Positions 34,219-45,005 of a DNA stretch of 45,377 nucleotides are shown here, in pieces; the stretch's first letter is position 1; each line of letters starts with the position of its first letter. Below the pieces are notes generated by a model. It did not search any database. It worked only from the letters and a program-made list of their open reading frames with translations, and was not told the DNA's origin. The stretch comes from Anaerolineaceae bacterium (GTDB lineage: Bacteria; Chloroflexota; Anaerolineae; Anaerolineales; Anaerolineaceae). Position numbers and translations under genes: made by a program. The stretch lies in the NCBI GenBank assembly GCA_034428855.1, contig DAOUGX010000001.1, positions 1 through 45,377 on the forward strand. Direction: 5' to 3'.

Positions 34219-35574
34219 TTAACCTTTGATTAGACTTTCTTCATACCCATGAAGCTTCAACTCAGTTTCGATAATGTTGAAGGTATCACGGACAACACCG
34301 ACTACGATCAGTAAACCAGCAGAATTAATGAGGAACAAGCTTGCTCCACCTATGCTCTGTGGCAACACCAAACTTACGATGTATGGTAACACTGCAACAA
34401 TACCAAGAAATAAAGCTCCCGGGAATGTGATACGTCTTTGTACTTTTGTTAGATATTTCTGTGTAGGTGCTCCACGTAAGACACCAGGAATTTGAGCTCC
34501 CTGCCGTTTTAAGTTGTCACCATAATTCTGTTGAGCAAAAAGTACATCCGTGTAGAAGAAAGTAAACAGCACTACCATAAAGAAGAACATGATTGCATAT
34601 GCAATACTTTGCCCGTTGAATAAGTTGTATACTCCAGTTGAGAAACTCGCTACCCAGGTTGTTTTACTATTCATAAAATAGGAAGCTAAAATCGCTGGGA
34701 AGGTAATAATGGATTGAGCAAAAATCAACGGGATCATGCCAGCCATGTTCACCATTAATGGCAAATTGCTACGTACGGGCATCGACATGCGGCTGCCAAT
34801 CCGTCTTCCTGGGAAGAGCACTGGCACATGCCGACGACCTTGTTGGACAAACACAATGGCAAAAATAGTCAAAACCAGGATGACAATCGTCACCAGGAAT
34901 AACCACCAACCATTTTGTTGATCAGAGAACAAACGAACCAGGTTAGCCGGAATTTGAGCAACAATACCTGCGAAGATAATCAAGGATAATCCTTGCTTCG
35001 GGATACCATACTCAGAAATCAACTGACCCAGCCAGATTCCAAACATCGTTCCTGCCATCATACTAACCAGAATGGTTAATGTTGGAATTGCATTCCCTGC
35101 AGCGAAACCAAACTGGAATGTCAGTACAGACTGACCGCCCAATTGTTGAGCCATGGAATTAAAGATGTTGATTTGGCCAACTGCAGAAAGTAAAGCCATG
35201 GGAACTGTCAGTATTACTGTCCAGCGCTCCATCCATTTTTGACCTTCGCGTGGATTTTCTTTCATCTTCGCTTCCAATGCTGGAATGATCGGAACTAATA
35301 ATTGGAGAATAATTTGCGCTGTAATGTAAGGATAAACACCCATTGCCAAAATGGAAAAATTGGAAATGGTTCCACCTGATAACAGGTCCAGCAATCCTAA
35401 TAGATTACCAGCTGCCCCACCCTGGCTGACTAACCCTGCAATCACCTCGCGGTTAATTCCAGGAACCGGCACGTTGGCTGCCAACCGGTAAATGACCAGT
35501 AACAGCAAAGTCATCAGTAATTTCTTACGAATATCCTCAGATTTGAATAAATAGCGCCAAGCGGACCGTTTCAT
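34219..35574 (-). CDS. secY: Preprotein translocase subunit SecY
   Basis: 451 aa, 10 TM helices, with LLDLLSGGTISNFSILAMGVYPYITAQI and GIPKQG. In the canonical position. Confidence 0.96.
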   Translation of the reverse strand: MKRSAWRYLFKSEDIRKKLLMTLLLLVIYRLAANVPVPGINREVIAGLVSQGGAAGNLLGLLDLLSGGTISNFSILAMGVYPYITAQIILQLLVPIIPALEAKMKENPREGQKWMERWTVILTVPMALLSAVGQINIFNSMAQQLGGQSVLTFQFGFAAGNAIPTLTILVSMMAGTMFGIWLGQLISEYGIPKQGLSLIIFAGIVAQIPANLVRLFSDQQNGWWLFLVTIVILVLTIFAIVFVQQGRRHVPVLFPGRRIGSRMSMPVRSNLPLMVNMAGMIPLIFAQSIITFPAILASYFMNSKTTWVASFSTGVYNLFNGQSIAYAIMFFFMVVLFTFFYTDVLFAQQNYGDNLKRQGAQIPGVLRGAPTQKYLTKVQRRITFPGALFLGIVAVLPYIVSLVLPQSIGGASLFLINSAGLLIVVGVVRDTFNIIETELKLHGYEESLIKG

Positions 35575-35600
35575 GTGTTGGTCTCCTTTAAAGATTGCAA

Positions 35601-36053
35601 TTAAGCAATCAATTCCACTTTACCACCAGCCGCTTCAATTTTTTCTTGAGCGGTTTTAGTAACACGTTGAACTTTCACAACCAATGGGACTGAAATCTCA
35701 CCACGACCTAATACTACGACTGGATTGCCATTCTTGTGTAAAAGATTCAATTCAGCCAATTTCTCAGGTGTGATTTCAGCATTAGCTTCGAATTTTGCTA
35801 ATTGACTGAGGTTGATTTCGTTATATTCAACACGATTTGGTGGGGTGAAACCTTCACCACGCATGAACGGAAGACGACGGTAAAACGGGAGGTTTCCACC
35901 CTGACGATAAAGGTGACCACCTTCACCCGATCGGGAATTTTGACCTTTTATACCTTTACCGGCTGTCTTACCCTGGCCCGCAGAAATACCACGTCCAACT
36001 CTTTTGCGAGATTTTCGGGAACCTTCATTGGGGATAAGATCATTCAGTTTCAT
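35601..36053 (-). CDS. rplO: 50S ribosomal protein L15
   Basis: [38 protein letters not shown]. Confidence 0.97.
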   Translation of the reverse strand: MKLNDLIPNEGSRKSRKRVGRGISAGQGKTAGKGIKGQNSRSGEGGHLYRQGGNLPFYRRLPFMRGEGFTPPNRVEYNEINLSQLAKFEANAEITPEKLAELNLLHKNGNPVVVLGRGEISVPLVVKVQRVTKTAQEKIEAAGGKVELIA

Positions 36054-36265
36054 TCTTCCACCTGCTCTTCAACTAAAACGAGATGATTCACTTTTGATAA
36101 CATTCCACGTAATGTAGGAGTATCCTCTTGAACCACCATTTGATGCAATTTTCGTAAGCCCAATGCACGGACTGTTGCTTTATGACGCTCTGAATAACCG
36201 ATTGCACTCTTAACAAGGGTAATTCGCAGCATTTTCTTTTTTTCTTCAACTTTTTTCTTAGGCAT
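36050..36265 (-). CDS. rpmD: 50S ribosomal protein L30
   Basis: [27 protein letters not shown]. The track ORF extends to 36313. ATG 36265 is preferred because GGAGG lies 4 nt upstream. It overlaps the rpsE end by 8 nt, and there is an ATGA overlap with rplO. Confidence 0.93.
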   Translation of the reverse strand: MPKKKVEEKKKMLRITLVKSAIGYSERHKATVRALGLRKLHQMVVQEDTPTLRGMLSKVNHLVLVEEQVEE

Positions 36266-36791
36266 TCTTCCTCCGTTCCCAGAAAGGCAACATTTCTTTT
36301 GTGGTTTTTCCACGTCGATTTGCCTCTTCTTCTGGTGATTTCAATTGATCCAGAGCGTCGAAAGTAGCCTTGACTACGTTGAGAACATTTGCACTTCCCA
36401 GGGATTTTGTCAGGATGTCACGAATTCCAGCGGCTTCCAAAACTGCACGAACGCCACCAGCAGCGATAACACCAGTACCTCGAGATGCAGGTTTCAACAT
36501 TACTTTTGCACCCGCCACTTGACCATTAACAACATGGGGAATGGTTGTGCTATAGGTCGCGACTGATCTCATATTTTTATGAGCCCGTTCGGTTGCCTTG
36601 CGCATCGCATCCGGAACAGCGTTGGCTTTACCAACACCCAAACCAACACGACCATTATTATCACCAGCGACAACCGCTACACGGAATTGGAATCTACGAC
36701 CACCTTTTACAACTTTGGCTACACGGGCGATTTCAATTACGCGTTCATCATATTGTTGTTGTTCCATACTAAGAAATTCTTTCTTTTCCAT
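36258..36791 (-). CDS. rpsE: 30S ribosomal protein S5
   Basis: [34 protein letters not shown] and [19 protein letters not shown]. Confidence 0.97.
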   Translation of the reverse strand: MEKKEFLSMEQQQYDERVIEIARVAKVVKGGRRFQFRVAVVAGDNNGRVGLGVGKANAVPDAMRKATERAHKNMRSVATYSTTIPHVVNGQVAGAKVMLKPASRGTGVIAAGGVRAVLEAAGIRDILTKSLGSANVLNVVKATFDALDQLKSPEEEANRRGKTTKEMLPFWERRKNA

Positions 36792-36811
36792 ATGTCAGGC
36801 CCTTTCCTTTC

Positions 36812-37177
36812 CTAAAACTCCAAGCCAGCCTCGCGGGCTGCCTCTGCGAGAGCCTTGACTCGGCCGATGTAGCGAAAACCACCACGATCGAAAACGACTT
36901 GAGTGATTCCTTTTTCTTTCGCACGTTCTGCCACCAGCTTACCAACCAGGCGAGATTTTTCAGTCTTGGTTTTACCATCAACCTGACCACGCAGTGCGTG
37001 ATCAATACTTGAAGCAGCTGCCAATGTATGACTAGCTACATCATCAATCACCTGGGCGTAAATTTCTTCATTACTGCGAAAAACAGCCAAACGAGGGCGT
37101 TCTGCATTACCACTGATAAATTTACGCACACGTGCATGTCTTCGCAAACGTTGTTCTTTACGACTCAGCTTTGCCAT
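36812..37177 (-). CDS. rplR: 50S ribosomal protein L18
   Basis: [33 protein letters not shown] and [28 protein letters not shown]. Confidence 0.97.
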   Translation of the reverse strand: MAKLSRKEQRLRRHARVRKFISGNAERPRLAVFRSNEEIYAQVIDDVASHTLAAASSIDHALRGQVDGKTKTEKSRLVGKLVAERAKEKGITQVVFDRGGFRYIGRVKALAEAAREAGLEF

Positions 37178-37192
37178 TTACGTTCACCTACT

Positions 37193-37735
37193 CTATTTCT
37201 TTCCAGATTTTCCAGCTTTGCGGCGAATTCTTTCACCCTGATAGAATAAACCTTTACCTTTGTAAGGTTCAACTGGGCGAATCTTGCGAATATTTGCCGC
37301 AACCTGACCGACATGCTGTTTGTCAAATCCCATCACTTTGATCAAACCAGCGCGGGTATCAACTTCAAAACTAATACCAGCAGGTGGTTCAACTTCTTTT
37401 GGATGTGAATAACCGACATACAACACCAGGTTCTTTCCATTCATTTCAGCGCGGTAACCAACGCCTTGAACCTGTAAGACAACAGTGAAGCCTTCGCTAA
37501 CACCCGTTACCATATTTTGAATTAATGCCCGGGTTGTTCCATGCAATGATCGATATGGAGCGTCTTCAGCCAGGCGGGTAACAATTATTTCGTTACCTTC
37601 TTGTTCAATTTTTACCTCAGGATTGAATTGGTATTCCAATTCACCCTTCGGACCTTTTACATGAACAAGCAGTCCATTGACTTTGACTTCCACACCAGCC
37701 GGAACAGAGACCGGTAAACGTCCTATACGCGACAC
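37193..37735 (-). CDS. rplF: 50S ribosomal protein L6
   Basis: MSRIGRLPVSVPAGVEV...GPKGEL and PYKGKGLFY.GE.IRRKAGK. Confidence 0.97.
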   Translation of the reverse strand: MSRIGRLPVSVPAGVEVKVNGLLVHVKGPKGELEYQFNPEVKIEQEGNEIIVTRLAEDAPYRSLHGTTRALIQNMVTGVSEGFTVVLQVQGVGYRAEMNGKNLVLYVGYSHPKEVEPPAGISFEVDTRAGLIKVMGFDKQHVGQVAANIRKIRPVEPYKGKGLFYQGERIRRKAGKSGKK

Positions 37736-37759
37736 GTTCTACCTCCTTGACTTCCGGGA

Positions 37760-38173
37760 TTACCAGACTTTACAAAGGATCTCGCCACCAACATTAAGTT
37801 GGCGAGCGCGTTGCCCTGTCATCACACCTTTCGGTGTGGAAAGAATGGAAATTCCCATTCCTGAGAGAACCCATGGAATGTCTTGTTTCTTTGTATAGTA
37901 TCGACGACCTGGGCGACTTACACGCTCTAACCCAGAGATCACCGGTCGTTTAAAACGACGTTCACCAACATATTTCAACTTGACTCTTAATGTTGCCAAG
38001 TAGGGCTTTTCACCTTCAACCACTTCGTAGTCCTCAATGTAGCCCTCTTCCTTCAGGATTTTTGCGATTTCCACTTTCATTGTTGAATTAGGCATCGCAA
38101 CTGCTGCCTGTTGGATCATCAAACCATTGCGAATACGGGTCAGCATATCGGCAATTGGATCGTTAACACTCAT
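37760..38173 (-). CDS. rpsH: 30S ribosomal protein S8
   Basis: [13 protein letters not shown] and [28 protein letters not shown]. Confidence 0.97.
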   Translation of the reverse strand: MSVNDPIADMLTRIRNGLMIQQAAVAMPNSTMKVEIAKILKEEGYIEDYEVVEGEKPYLATLRVKLKYVGERRFKRPVISGLERVSRPGRRYYTKKQDIPWVLSGMGISILSTPKGVMTGQRARQLNVGGEILCKVW

Positions 38174-38194
38174 GCTAATACCTCCACTTGAGAA

Positions 38195-38377
38195 CTACCA
38201 GGAAGATTTCTTCACGCCTGGGATTTGACCTTCCAGCGATAATTCGCGGAAACAAATACGACACAGACCAAATCGACGAATATACCCACGAGGGCGACCG
38301 CAACGAGAACAGCGATTGCGTACCTGCACGGAGAACTTTCGACGTTTTTCACGATATTCCATACACTTCTTTGCCAT
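38195..38377 (-). CDS. rpsZ: 30S ribosomal protein S14, short Zn-binding type Z
   Basis: 60 aa with [23 protein letters not shown] (C-x2-C...C-x2-C). Confidence 0.96.
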   Translation of the reverse strand: MAKKCMEYREKRRKFSVQVRNRCSRCGRPRGYIRRFGLCRICFRELSLEGQIPGVKKSSW

Positions 38378-38378
38378 A

Positions 38379-38921
38379 TTAGTCCTTTCTGAATGGCATG
38401 CCTAATAAAGCTAACATCAATCGAGCTTGATCATCAGAATTTGCGGTTGTTACAATTGTGATTTCCAATCCACGGACTTTGTCAACTTTATCAAAGTCAA
38501 TTTCAGGGAAAATTAATTGTTCTCGCAAACCGAGGGTGTAATTTCCGCGACCATCGAATGAATCAGCTGAAATTCCACGGAAGTCACGTACACGAGGAAG
38601 AGCAATGTTAACCAAGCGATCAAGGAATGACCACATGCGATCTCCACGTAACGTTACTTTTGCACCAATTTCTCGACCTTCACGAAGCTTGAAAGCAGCA
38701 ATACTTTTAGAAGCTTTGGTAACGACAGGTTGTTGCCCGGTAATGGCTCTCAAATCATTTACGGCTGCATCCAGGGATTTGGGATTATCTAAAGCTTCTC
38801 CCATTCCAATGTTGACAGAAATTTTAGTGATTCGAGGTAATTCATTCGGGTTTTGTAAACCTAAATCCTTCATCAAAACAGGCGCAACTTCATTAGTATA
38901 TTTTTCTCTTAATACATTCAT
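38379..38921 (-). CDS. rplE: 50S ribosomal protein L5
   Basis: [15 protein letters not shown] and [30 protein letters not shown]. Confidence 0.97.
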   Translation of the reverse strand: MNVLREKYTNEVAPVLMKDLGLQNPNELPRITKISVNIGMGEALDNPKSLDAAVNDLRAITGQQPVVTKASKSIAAFKLREGREIGAKVTLRGDRMWSFLDRLVNIALPRVRDFRGISADSFDGRGNYTLGLREQLIFPEIDFDKVDKVRGLEITIVTTANSDDQARLMLALLGMPFRKD

Positions 38922-38940
38922 TTTCTAGCTCCCAGCTGGC

Positions 38941-39273
38941 CTATTCATCAATTAAGGCATTACATTTTTTACAAATTCTGGACTTCTTTTCACCTTGTTC
39001 TGATTTTCCTACACGCGTTGGTTTTCCACATTTTGGACATACCAACATTACATTGGAAATATCAATCGATGATTCGAAGCGTACCATACCAGGGTTAATG
39101 GTTCGGCCTTGTGACTGAACTTGTTTTTGGTGTTTACTGCGTAGGTTTACGCCTTGTACTACCACACGATTATCTTCAGTCAAAACTTTGATAACCTCAC
39201 CTTTTTTCCCTTTATCTTCTTCGCGACCGGTAACAACGATTACTGTATCGCCTTTACGAATTTTTGTACTCAT
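38941..39273 (-). CDS. rplX: 50S ribosomal protein L24 with a C-terminal 4-Cys (Zn-ribbon-like) segment
   Basis: IRKGDTVIVVTGREEDKGKKGEV KOW motif. C-terminus CPKCGKPTRVG...CKKC. The track ORF extends to 39324. ATG 39273 is preferred because a GGAGA RBS precedes it and it lies downstream of the rplN stop. Confidence 0.94.
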   Translation of the reverse strand: MSTKIRKGDTVIVVTGREEDKGKKGEVIKVLTEDNRVVVQGVNLRSKHQKQVQSQGRTINPGMVRFESSIDISNVMLVCPKCGKPTRVGKSEQGEKKSRICKKCNALIDE

Positions 39274-39295
39274 CGGCTTTTCTCCTACCATTTTC

Positions 39296-39667
39296 CTAAA
39301 GTACTTCCGGAGCCAGTGATACAATCTTCATATAGCCCTTTTCACGTAATTCACGTGCAACTGGCCCAAAGATACGGGTCCCTTTTGGATTCTGTGTTTC
39401 GCCATCTAATATCACGGCAGCATTATCATCAAAGCGGATGGTTGAACCATCTTCCCGTCGCCATTCTTTTGAACAACGTACGATGACTGCTTTGACGACA
39501 TCGCTTTTCTTAACAGAGCCTTGTGGTGCAGCAGATTTAACAGTAGCAACAACAATATCACCAACTCTGCCGTAATGGACCACTGATCCACCCATCACAT
39601 GGATAACCAGAAGTTCCTTTGCTCCGGTATTATCAGCAACCTTGAGTCTAGATTCTTGCTGGATCAT
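39296..39667 (-). CDS. rplN: 50S ribosomal protein L14
   Basis: [26 protein letters not shown] and [11 protein letters not shown]. Confidence 0.97.
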   Translation of the reverse strand: MIQQESRLKVADNTGAKELLVIHVMGGSVVHYGRVGDIVVATVKSAAPQGSVKKSDVVKAVIVRCSKEWRREDGSTIRFDDNAAVILDGETQNPKGTRIFGPVARELREKGYMKIVSLAPEVL

Positions 39668-39669
39668 AC

Positions 39670-39951
39670 CTATTCTCCTTCAACAATCTCACCAGCGCCA
39701 GCTGGTTCTCCGGTTTTACGGACGATTGATTGCACAACCCAGCGTTTTTCACGTGAAAGCGGGCGGCTTTCCACAATTTCGACCTTATCTCCAATGCTGC
39801 ATCCTAATTCATCATGTGCTTTATAGCGTTTTTTGCTATGAACCACTTTTTTATAAAGAGGATGTCGAAAAGAGCTTGTGACTTCAACAATCACGGTCTT
39901 CATCATCTTGTCGCTGGTGACAACACCTGTTAATCGACGTCGACTATTCAT
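39670..39951 (-). CDS. rpsQ: 30S ribosomal protein S17
   Basis: [18 protein letters not shown]....HPLYKK......KYKAHDE......GD.V.I.E.RPLS..K.W. Confidence 0.96.
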   Translation of the reverse strand: MNSRRRLTGVVTSDKMMKTVIVEVTSSFRHPLYKKVVHSKKRYKAHDELGCSIGDKVEIVESRPLSREKRWVVQSIVRKTGEPAGAGEIVEGE

Positions 39952-40163
39952 GCTTTACCTTCCTTGGTTCGCTCAGCTTCACGCTCATGGAGAATTGTCT
40001 CAAATTGAGCAATCTGTCGTCGAACTCTTTTTAATCGACTCGTATCTGTCAGCTGACCAGTTACAACTTGAAATCTCAAGTTCATTAATTCCTGGCGTGT
40101 ATCATCGATACGGCTACGAATTTCCTCATCAGACATATTTCGAATATCAGCTGTTTTCATCAT
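39948..40163 (-). CDS. rpmC: 50S ribosomal protein L29
   Basis: [30 protein letters not shown] overlaps on both sides. Confidence 0.95.
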   Translation of the reverse strand: MMKTADIRNMSDEEIRSRIDDTRQELMNLRFQVVTGQLTDTSRLKRVRRQIAQFETILHEREAERTKEGKA

Positions 40164-40591
40164 TCTTGCTCTCCTGCCACTTCTTCAGTGCGGCCAATCA
40201 CTTTTGTTTTGATAGCAAACTTATAGCTTGCTTGTTTCAAAGCATGAATTGCTGCATCTTCCGGCACACCAGCTAATTCGAACATCACACGACCTGGTCG
40301 GACAACCGCCACCCAATATTCCACATTACCTTTGCCTTTACCCATACGGGTTTCGGCTGCTTTTTTGGTATATGGTTTATCAGGGAAGATTCGGATCCAT
40401 ACCTTACCACGTCGTTTCATATAACGCACAATCGCTCTACGGGCAGCCTCAATTTGTCGGGCTGATACATAACCAGGTTCAAGAGCTTGTAAACCGAATT
40501 CACCGGTTAGTAACTCTGCACCTCGTAATGCTTTTCCGCGCATACGACCACGCATTTGCTTACGCCATTTAACACGTTTTGGCATCAACAT
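40160..40591 (-). CDS. rplP: 50S ribosomal protein L16
   Basis: [22 protein letters not shown] and [24 protein letters not shown]. Confidence 0.97.
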   Translation of the reverse strand: MLMPKRVKWRKQMRGRMRGKALRGAELLTGEFGLQALEPGYVSARQIEAARRAIVRYMKRRGKVWIRIFPDKPYTKKAAETRMGKGKGNVEYWVAVVRPGRVMFELAGVPEDAAIHALKQASYKFAIKTKVIGRTEEVAGEQE

Positions 40592-40608
40592 AGTAATAAT
40601 TCTCCTTA

Positions 40609-41286
40609 CTACTCACTAACGTATACGCCTTCGGTGCGTTCAAATTTCTCTTCCGCATCGGGCATTACGTCGCCTTTGTAAATCCATACTTTGATACCGA
40701 TTTGACCGTAAGTAGTCAAGGCTTCATATCGGGCAAAATCAATGTCAGCACGCAAGGTCTGTAATGGAACACGACCTTCACGCAGCCAGACAGTACGCGC
40801 CATTTCAGCACCAGCTAAACGACCAGATACCTGGATTTTGCAACCTTTGCCACCTTGTCGAATTGCCTGGCTGATCGCACGTTTCATAGCACGACGATAA
40901 GCAACTCTACGTTCAATCTGCCCAGCGATGTTTACTGCCACCAGGAAAGCGTCTACATCCGGATTTTTGATTTCTTTGATATCCAGATCAACTTTTTGCC
41001 CGGTTAAAGTTTCCAAATCACCACGGACTTTCTTGACATTATCACCTTTACGACCGATCAAAATGCCTGGTTTCGCTGTGTGAACAATCACGCGAATTTT
41101 GCTAGGGAACCGTTCGATCTCAATACGAGATACACCAGCTTTTACTGAGTACTCTTCCAGCATCTTACGAATTGCCAGATCCTGATTCAAGTGCTCCCCA
41201 TAGTTGTTATTTTTCGCAAACCAGCGAGCTTCCCAGGGCTGAATGATGCCCAATCGGTAACCTATCGGATGAACTTTTCGACCCAT
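40609..41286 (-). CDS. rpsC: 30S ribosomal protein S3
   Basis: [14 protein letters not shown]...W...W, a KH domain, and [28 protein letters not shown]. Confidence 0.97.
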   Translation of the reverse strand: MGRKVHPIGYRLGIIQPWEARWFAKNNNYGEHLNQDLAIRKMLEEYSVKAGVSRIEIERFPSKIRVIVHTAKPGILIGRKGDNVKKVRGDLETLTGQKVDLDIKEIKNPDVDAFLVAVNIAGQIERRVAYRRAMKRAISQAIRQGGKGCKIQVSGRLAGAEMARTVWLREGRVPLQTLRADIDFARYEALTTYGQIGIKVWIYKGDVMPDAEEKFERTEGVYVSE

Positions 41287-41330
41287 ATTATCTCCTACAT
41301 TTCCTTTGTTAACTTATGATCCACCGGGTC

Positions 41331-41672
41331 TTATTTCCGTTCGCGTAAAACCACATTTACATGTGATGTTCGACGCAAAACCGGCTTGAACCGACCACGA
41401 GCACCAAATCTTCGCCATCGACGGGTTGGTGCTTCGTCAGCTGTAATCATATAAACAAATAAGTCATCCCGGCTAATACCGAAATTTTCTTCCGCGTTGG
41501 AAACTGCTGAGGTTAACAATTTTTCAACAGGTTTGGCTGCACTTTTTTGTAAAAACTTCAACAAATTGATTGCTTCCACCACAGATTTTCCACGCACGGT
41601 GTCCACCACCAGGCGAACTTTTTGCGCAGAAATCGGTAAATAGCTTAATTTTGCACGAATGTCAGTTGCCAT
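41331..41672 (-). CDS. rplV: 50S ribosomal protein L22
   Basis: ISAQKVRLVVDTVRGKSV.EA...L and RFGARGRFKPVLRRTSHV.VVL. Confidence 0.96.
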   Translation of the reverse strand: MATDIRAKLSYLPISAQKVRLVVDTVRGKSVVEAINLLKFLQKSAAKPVEKLLTSAVSNAEENFGISRDDLFVYMITADEAPTRRWRRFGARGRFKPVLRRTSHVNVVLRERK

Positions 41673-41675
41673 ATC

Positions 41676-41954
41676 TTATCTCCCTTTTGAAGATTTTTCA
41701 GCAACATGACCGCGGAAAGTTCGGGTTGGTGCGAACTCACCCAGACGATGACCTACCATGTTCTCAGTGATATAAATTGGAACATGTCGGCGACCATCAT
41801 GCACCGCAATGGTGTGACCCAACATTTGGGGGAAAATCACACTTGCGCGGCTCCAGGTGCGAACCACTTTTTTCTCTCCACGGGCATTCATTTGCTCAAT
41901 TTTCTTTAATAATTTTGGCTCAATAAATGGCCCTTTTTTCAACGATCGAGACAT
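41676..41954 (-). CDS. rpsS: 30S ribosomal protein S19
   Basis: [12 protein letters not shown] and [38 protein letters not shown]. Confidence 0.97.
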   Translation of the reverse strand: MSRSLKKGPFIEPKLLKKIEQMNARGEKKVVRTWSRASVIFPQMLGHTIAVHDGRRHVPIYITENMVGHRLGEFAPTRTFRGHVAEKSSKGR

Positions 41955-41983
41955 AATTATCCTCTCAAACCTTTAGCATCTAT

Positions 41984-42823
41984 CTATCCGCGTTTACCGC
42001 TTGAACGACGACGAACGATGTATTTGTTCGTGCTTTTATTCCGGCGGGTCTTGTATCCCAATGTTGGTTTACCCCACGGAGTTTTAGGTCCGGACATACC
42101 AACAGGTGAACGACCTTCACCACCACCATGTGGATGGTCCTTCGGAGACATCGCTGTACCACGTACAGAAGGGCGGATACCTAAATGGCGCTTGCGTCCA
42201 GCTTTTCCCAGTTTGATGTTTTTGTGATCCAGGTTTCCTACCTGCCCCACTGTGGCAAAGCATACCTGACGCACTAAACGAACCTCACCAGATGGCAAAC
42301 GAACTTGAGCAAAATCGCCTTCTTTTGCCAGTAACTGAGCTGCAGCACCTGCAGACCTAACCATTTGACCACCACGGCCTTCCTTAAGTTCCACATTATG
42401 TATCATGGTTCCCAGAGGAATACGAGAAATGGGCAAACTATTACCAGGTCGAATATCTGCTTCTGAACCTGAGACAACTGTATCACCAACCTTTAACCCG
42501 ACTGGGGCCAAGATGTAGCGTTTCTCACCATCGATGTAAGTCAATAAAGCGATGCGAGCGGTGCGGTTAGGATCATATTCAATCGCGCTGACTGTAGCTG
42601 GGACATTAAACTTATCACGTTTGAAATCAATCAAGCGGATATAACGTTTTTGTCCACCACCACGGTGACGTACTGTAATACGACCGTATGCGTTGCGGCC
42701 TGAATGAGCTTTACGAATTACGATTAATGATCGTTCAGGTTTTGTTTTGGTGATTTCTTCAAAACTGTACCCGGTCATGTTTCTTTGACCTGGGGTTACT
42801 GGTTTATAAATCTTGATAGCCAT
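41984..42823 (-). CDS. rplB: 50S ribosomal protein L2
   Basis: [24 protein letters not shown] and [16 protein letters not shown]. Confidence 0.97.
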   Translation of the reverse strand: MAIKIYKPVTPGQRNMTGYSFEEITKTKPERSLIVIRKAHSGRNAYGRITVRHRGGGQKRYIRLIDFKRDKFNVPATVSAIEYDPNRTARIALLTYIDGEKRYILAPVGLKVGDTVVSGSEADIRPGNSLPISRIPLGTMIHNVELKEGRGGQMVRSAGAAAQLLAKEGDFAQVRLPSGEVRLVRQVCFATVGQVGNLDHKNIKLGKAGRKRHLGIRPSVRGTAMSPKDHPHGGGEGRSPVGMSGPKTPWGKPTLGYKTRRNKSTNKYIVRRRSSGKRG

Positions 42824-43125
42824 TATTCAACCCCTTCAAAAATCGCAATACTGTCTTCTGGTGCAAGAGTAACAATAGCTTTTTTGTAGCCAGGATTGCG
42901 TACTGCTAATCTGCGGCTACGAGCTCTTCGGGTTCGTTTGGCTGGAACATTAATAATATTGACATTCACAACTTTCACATCGAAGATTTGTTCAACTGCA
43001 TCTTTTACCATTGTGCGGGTTGATTCACCAGCTACTTCAAAGACGTATTGATGTAATTTGTTTACCTGGTAATTGGTTTTTTCTGTCACCAAAGGACGGC
43101 GGAGAACTTCGTAAATAATTGTCAT
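42823..43125 (-). CDS. rplW: 50S ribosomal protein L23
   Basis: RRPLVTEKT......N.YVFEV...S.....K.AVE..F.VKV..VN. 1-nt TAATG overlap with rplB. Confidence 0.95.
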   Translation of the reverse strand: MTIIYEVLRRPLVTEKTNYQVNKLHQYVFEVAGESTRTMVKDAVEQIFDVKVVNVNIINVPAKRTRRARSRRLAVRNPGYKKAIVTLAPEDSIAIFEGVE

Positions 43126-43138
43126 TTTTTCCTCCTAC

Positions 43139-43765
43139 CTACCCCAGAAAACTTTCTACAACACTCAGAGACGCTAATGGAAATACAATTTTCTTGTATT
43201 TCATCAGGTCACGGATATTGATGTAATTTGCCAAAAGAACTTTGGTACCTGGGAGGTTATTACTTGTGCGAATTACCTCTTCGAAGGTAGCTTTTTCCGG
43301 AATGAGAACCAATGCGGATTCCTGACCAACCAAATTGTTCAGAACTCCAGCCATAACACGGGTTTTTGCTTCCGGTAATATCAATTCATCAATTACCACA
43401 ATTGCATTCTCTGAAGCTTTTACAGACAGTGCAGAACGCAGAGCAGCTCGACGCATTTTTCTTGGCATTGCTTGAGCGTATGAACGTGGATGGGGAGTAT
43501 GGATGCGGCCACCACCTTTCCACTGCGCAGCACGAATTGAACCCTGGCGAGCACGCCCTGTACCTTTTTGACGCCATGGTTTACGACCACCACCAGCAAC
43601 TTCATTACGAGTTTTGGTGTCACTTGTACCAAGCCGAGCGTTTGCCATCTGGCGAACGAATGCCTGGTGCATTAAATCTACGTTTATGGGGGCTTCAAAG
43701 ATTGCTGGGGATAATTCCACAGTTTTTACCTTTTTACCCTCAATGTTTAAGACATCTACTTGCAT
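43139..43765 (-). CDS. rplD: 50S ribosomal protein L4
   Basis: GGGRKPWRQKGTGRARQGSIRAAQWKGGG and KMRRAALRSALS. Confidence 0.97.
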   Translation of the reverse strand: MQVDVLNIEGKKVKTVELSPAIFEAPINVDLMHQAFVRQMANARLGTSDTKTRNEVAGGGRKPWRQKGTGRARQGSIRAAQWKGGGRIHTPHPRSYAQAMPRKMRRAALRSALSVKASENAIVVIDELILPEAKTRVMAGVLNNLVGQESALVLIPEKATFEEVIRTSNNLPGTKVLLANYINIRDLMKYKKIVFPLASLSVVESFLG

Positions 43766-43779
43766 AGTCTCTCAGCTCC

Positions 43780-44415
43780 TTAGTTCTTTCGTGCCTCTTT
43801 GACCAGCACCACCCCACCTCGTGGTCCAGGCACTGATCCGCGCACACCAATCAGATTGCGTTCTGCATCTAACAGAACCACTTTCAAGTTTTGCGCTGTT
43901 ACCCGCTCATCACCCATGTGACCTGGGCCTCGTGAGCCTTTATAGACACGACCTGGAGTCGTTCCTGCACCTCTTGATCCGGGAGCACGATGGCGATCTG
44001 ATTGACCATGGGTTTTTGGACCACCACGGAAACCATATCGTTTAACACCACCCTGAAAACCTTTACCTTTAGAGGTACCGACTACATCAACAAACTCGCC
44101 AACCGTAAAGACATCAACAGACAATTTATCGCCTTCATTTACCGCAGGTGTTTTAACGCGAAATTCGCGCAAAAACTTGAGAGGTGGTAAATTCATGTTA
44201 TTGCGATTCAAATGCCCTTTTTGTCCGTTGGTCAAGCGTTTGGGTTTTACCTCGCCATATCCCAGTTGCACAGCAACGTAGCCATCACGTTCTGGTGTAC
44301 GTACCTGGGTAACATAGCAAGGCCCAGCTTCGATTACTGTTACCGGCACTGCGGCACCATTTTCATCGAAAATCTGGGTCATACCGATTTTCTTGCCAAT
44401 TAGCCCTTTCAACAT
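43780..44415 (-). CDS. rplC: 50S ribosomal protein L3
   Basis: [30 protein letters not shown] and [41 protein letters not shown]. Confidence 0.97.
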   Translation of the reverse strand: MLKGLIGKKIGMTQIFDENGAAVPVTVIEAGPCYVTQVRTPERDGYVAVQLGYGEVKPKRLTNGQKGHLNRNNMNLPPLKFLREFRVKTPAVNEGDKLSVDVFTVGEFVDVVGTSKGKGFQGGVKRYGFRGGPKTHGQSDRHRAPGSRGAGTTPGRVYKGSRGPGHMGDERVTAQNLKVVLLDAERNLIGVRGSVPGPRGGVVLVKEARKN

Positions 44416-44689
44416 ATCAGTTTTTCTCCTTGTTTAGTAAATTGCCAGGACTGTCAGCTTGGGCTAAGCTGCATCATCCCCGAATGCTGGGCAGTAAGTT
44501 GTTCGCTGCAAAACTCCGCATTTTTTCCAGTTCGCTCACAAAACAACTCTTACACAGCCTAAACGAAGCAGGTTTCGAGAAACCCGCAACCTTTCAAATA
44601 TAACATATTTCTTACATTTTGAGAAGGATAGCGATCTTGATTGCCATCCTTCTCTGGTTTGTGTTGCTAATTTAAGGTACTTAAAAGAA
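44416..44689 (-). promoter_or_regulatory. Unusually long (274 nt) structured spacer between rpsJ and rplC: candidate cis-regulatory RNA and/or internal promoter
   Basis: No plausible ORF; the longest ATG ORFs are 11-15 codons with no good SD. There is a 14-bp interrupted hairpin at 44621-44654 (GAGAAGGAT...ATCCTTCTC plus 5 inner pairs) and smaller hairpins at 44569-44588 and 44455-44471. A possible promoter is TTCTCA-17 nt-TATATT (44625-44597, minus strand). Confidence 0.3.
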
Positions 44690-44998
44690 TTAAATCTTTA
44701 TTTCAATATCGACGCCAGCAGGCAAATTTAATCGCATCAGCATGTCAATTGTTTTTGAATCTGGTTCCAAAACATCAATCAGACGATTGTGAGTACGAAT
44801 CTCAAAGTGTTCATGGGAGTCTTTATCAATGAATGTTGAACGACGCACGGTGAAACGTTCTTTTTTGGTAGGAAGCGGAACAGGTCCCACAACTTTTGCA
44901 CCAGATCGTTCAGCAGTATCGACAATGCGTTTTGCTGATTGATCAAGAACTCGATGATCATATGCCTTAAGACGAATACGAATACGTTGTTTTGCCAT
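44690..44998 (-). CDS. rpsJ: 30S ribosomal protein S10
   Basis: [28 protein letters not shown]...GP.PLPT and [15 protein letters not shown]. The start is 7 nt after the tuf stop. Confidence 0.97.
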   Translation of the reverse strand: MAKQRIRIRLKAYDHRVLDQSAKRIVDTAERSGAKVVGPVPLPTKKERFTVRRSTFIDKDSHEHFEIRTHNRLIDVLEPDSKTIDMLMRLNLPAGVDIEIKI

Positions 44999-45005
44999 TT
45001 AACAC

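Noticed and set aside
36266-36313. N-terminal extension of the rpmD ORF, and likewise of rplX (39274-39324)
   Set aside because: Both extensions lie inside the preceding r-protein genes. The internal ATGs have GGAGG/GGAGA RBSs and give proteins of canonical length.
36345-36858. Cluster of four plus-strand ORFs (73-86 aa) antisense to rpsE/rplR, and similar antisense ORFs in rplD, rplP, rpmC/rpsQ, nuoM, nuoL, secY and murE
   Set aside because: All lie entirely within strongly supported conserved genes on the opposite strand. They lack RBSs and give low-complexity or unrecognisable products, typical of shadow ORFs.
44560-44590. GGTTTCGAGAAACC hairpin that superficially resembles a tRNA T-arm
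   Set aside because: The flanking 5-mers do not pair around a 7-nt TTCGAnn loop. I could not build an acceptor stem, D-arm or anticodon arm around it, so it is not a tRNA.
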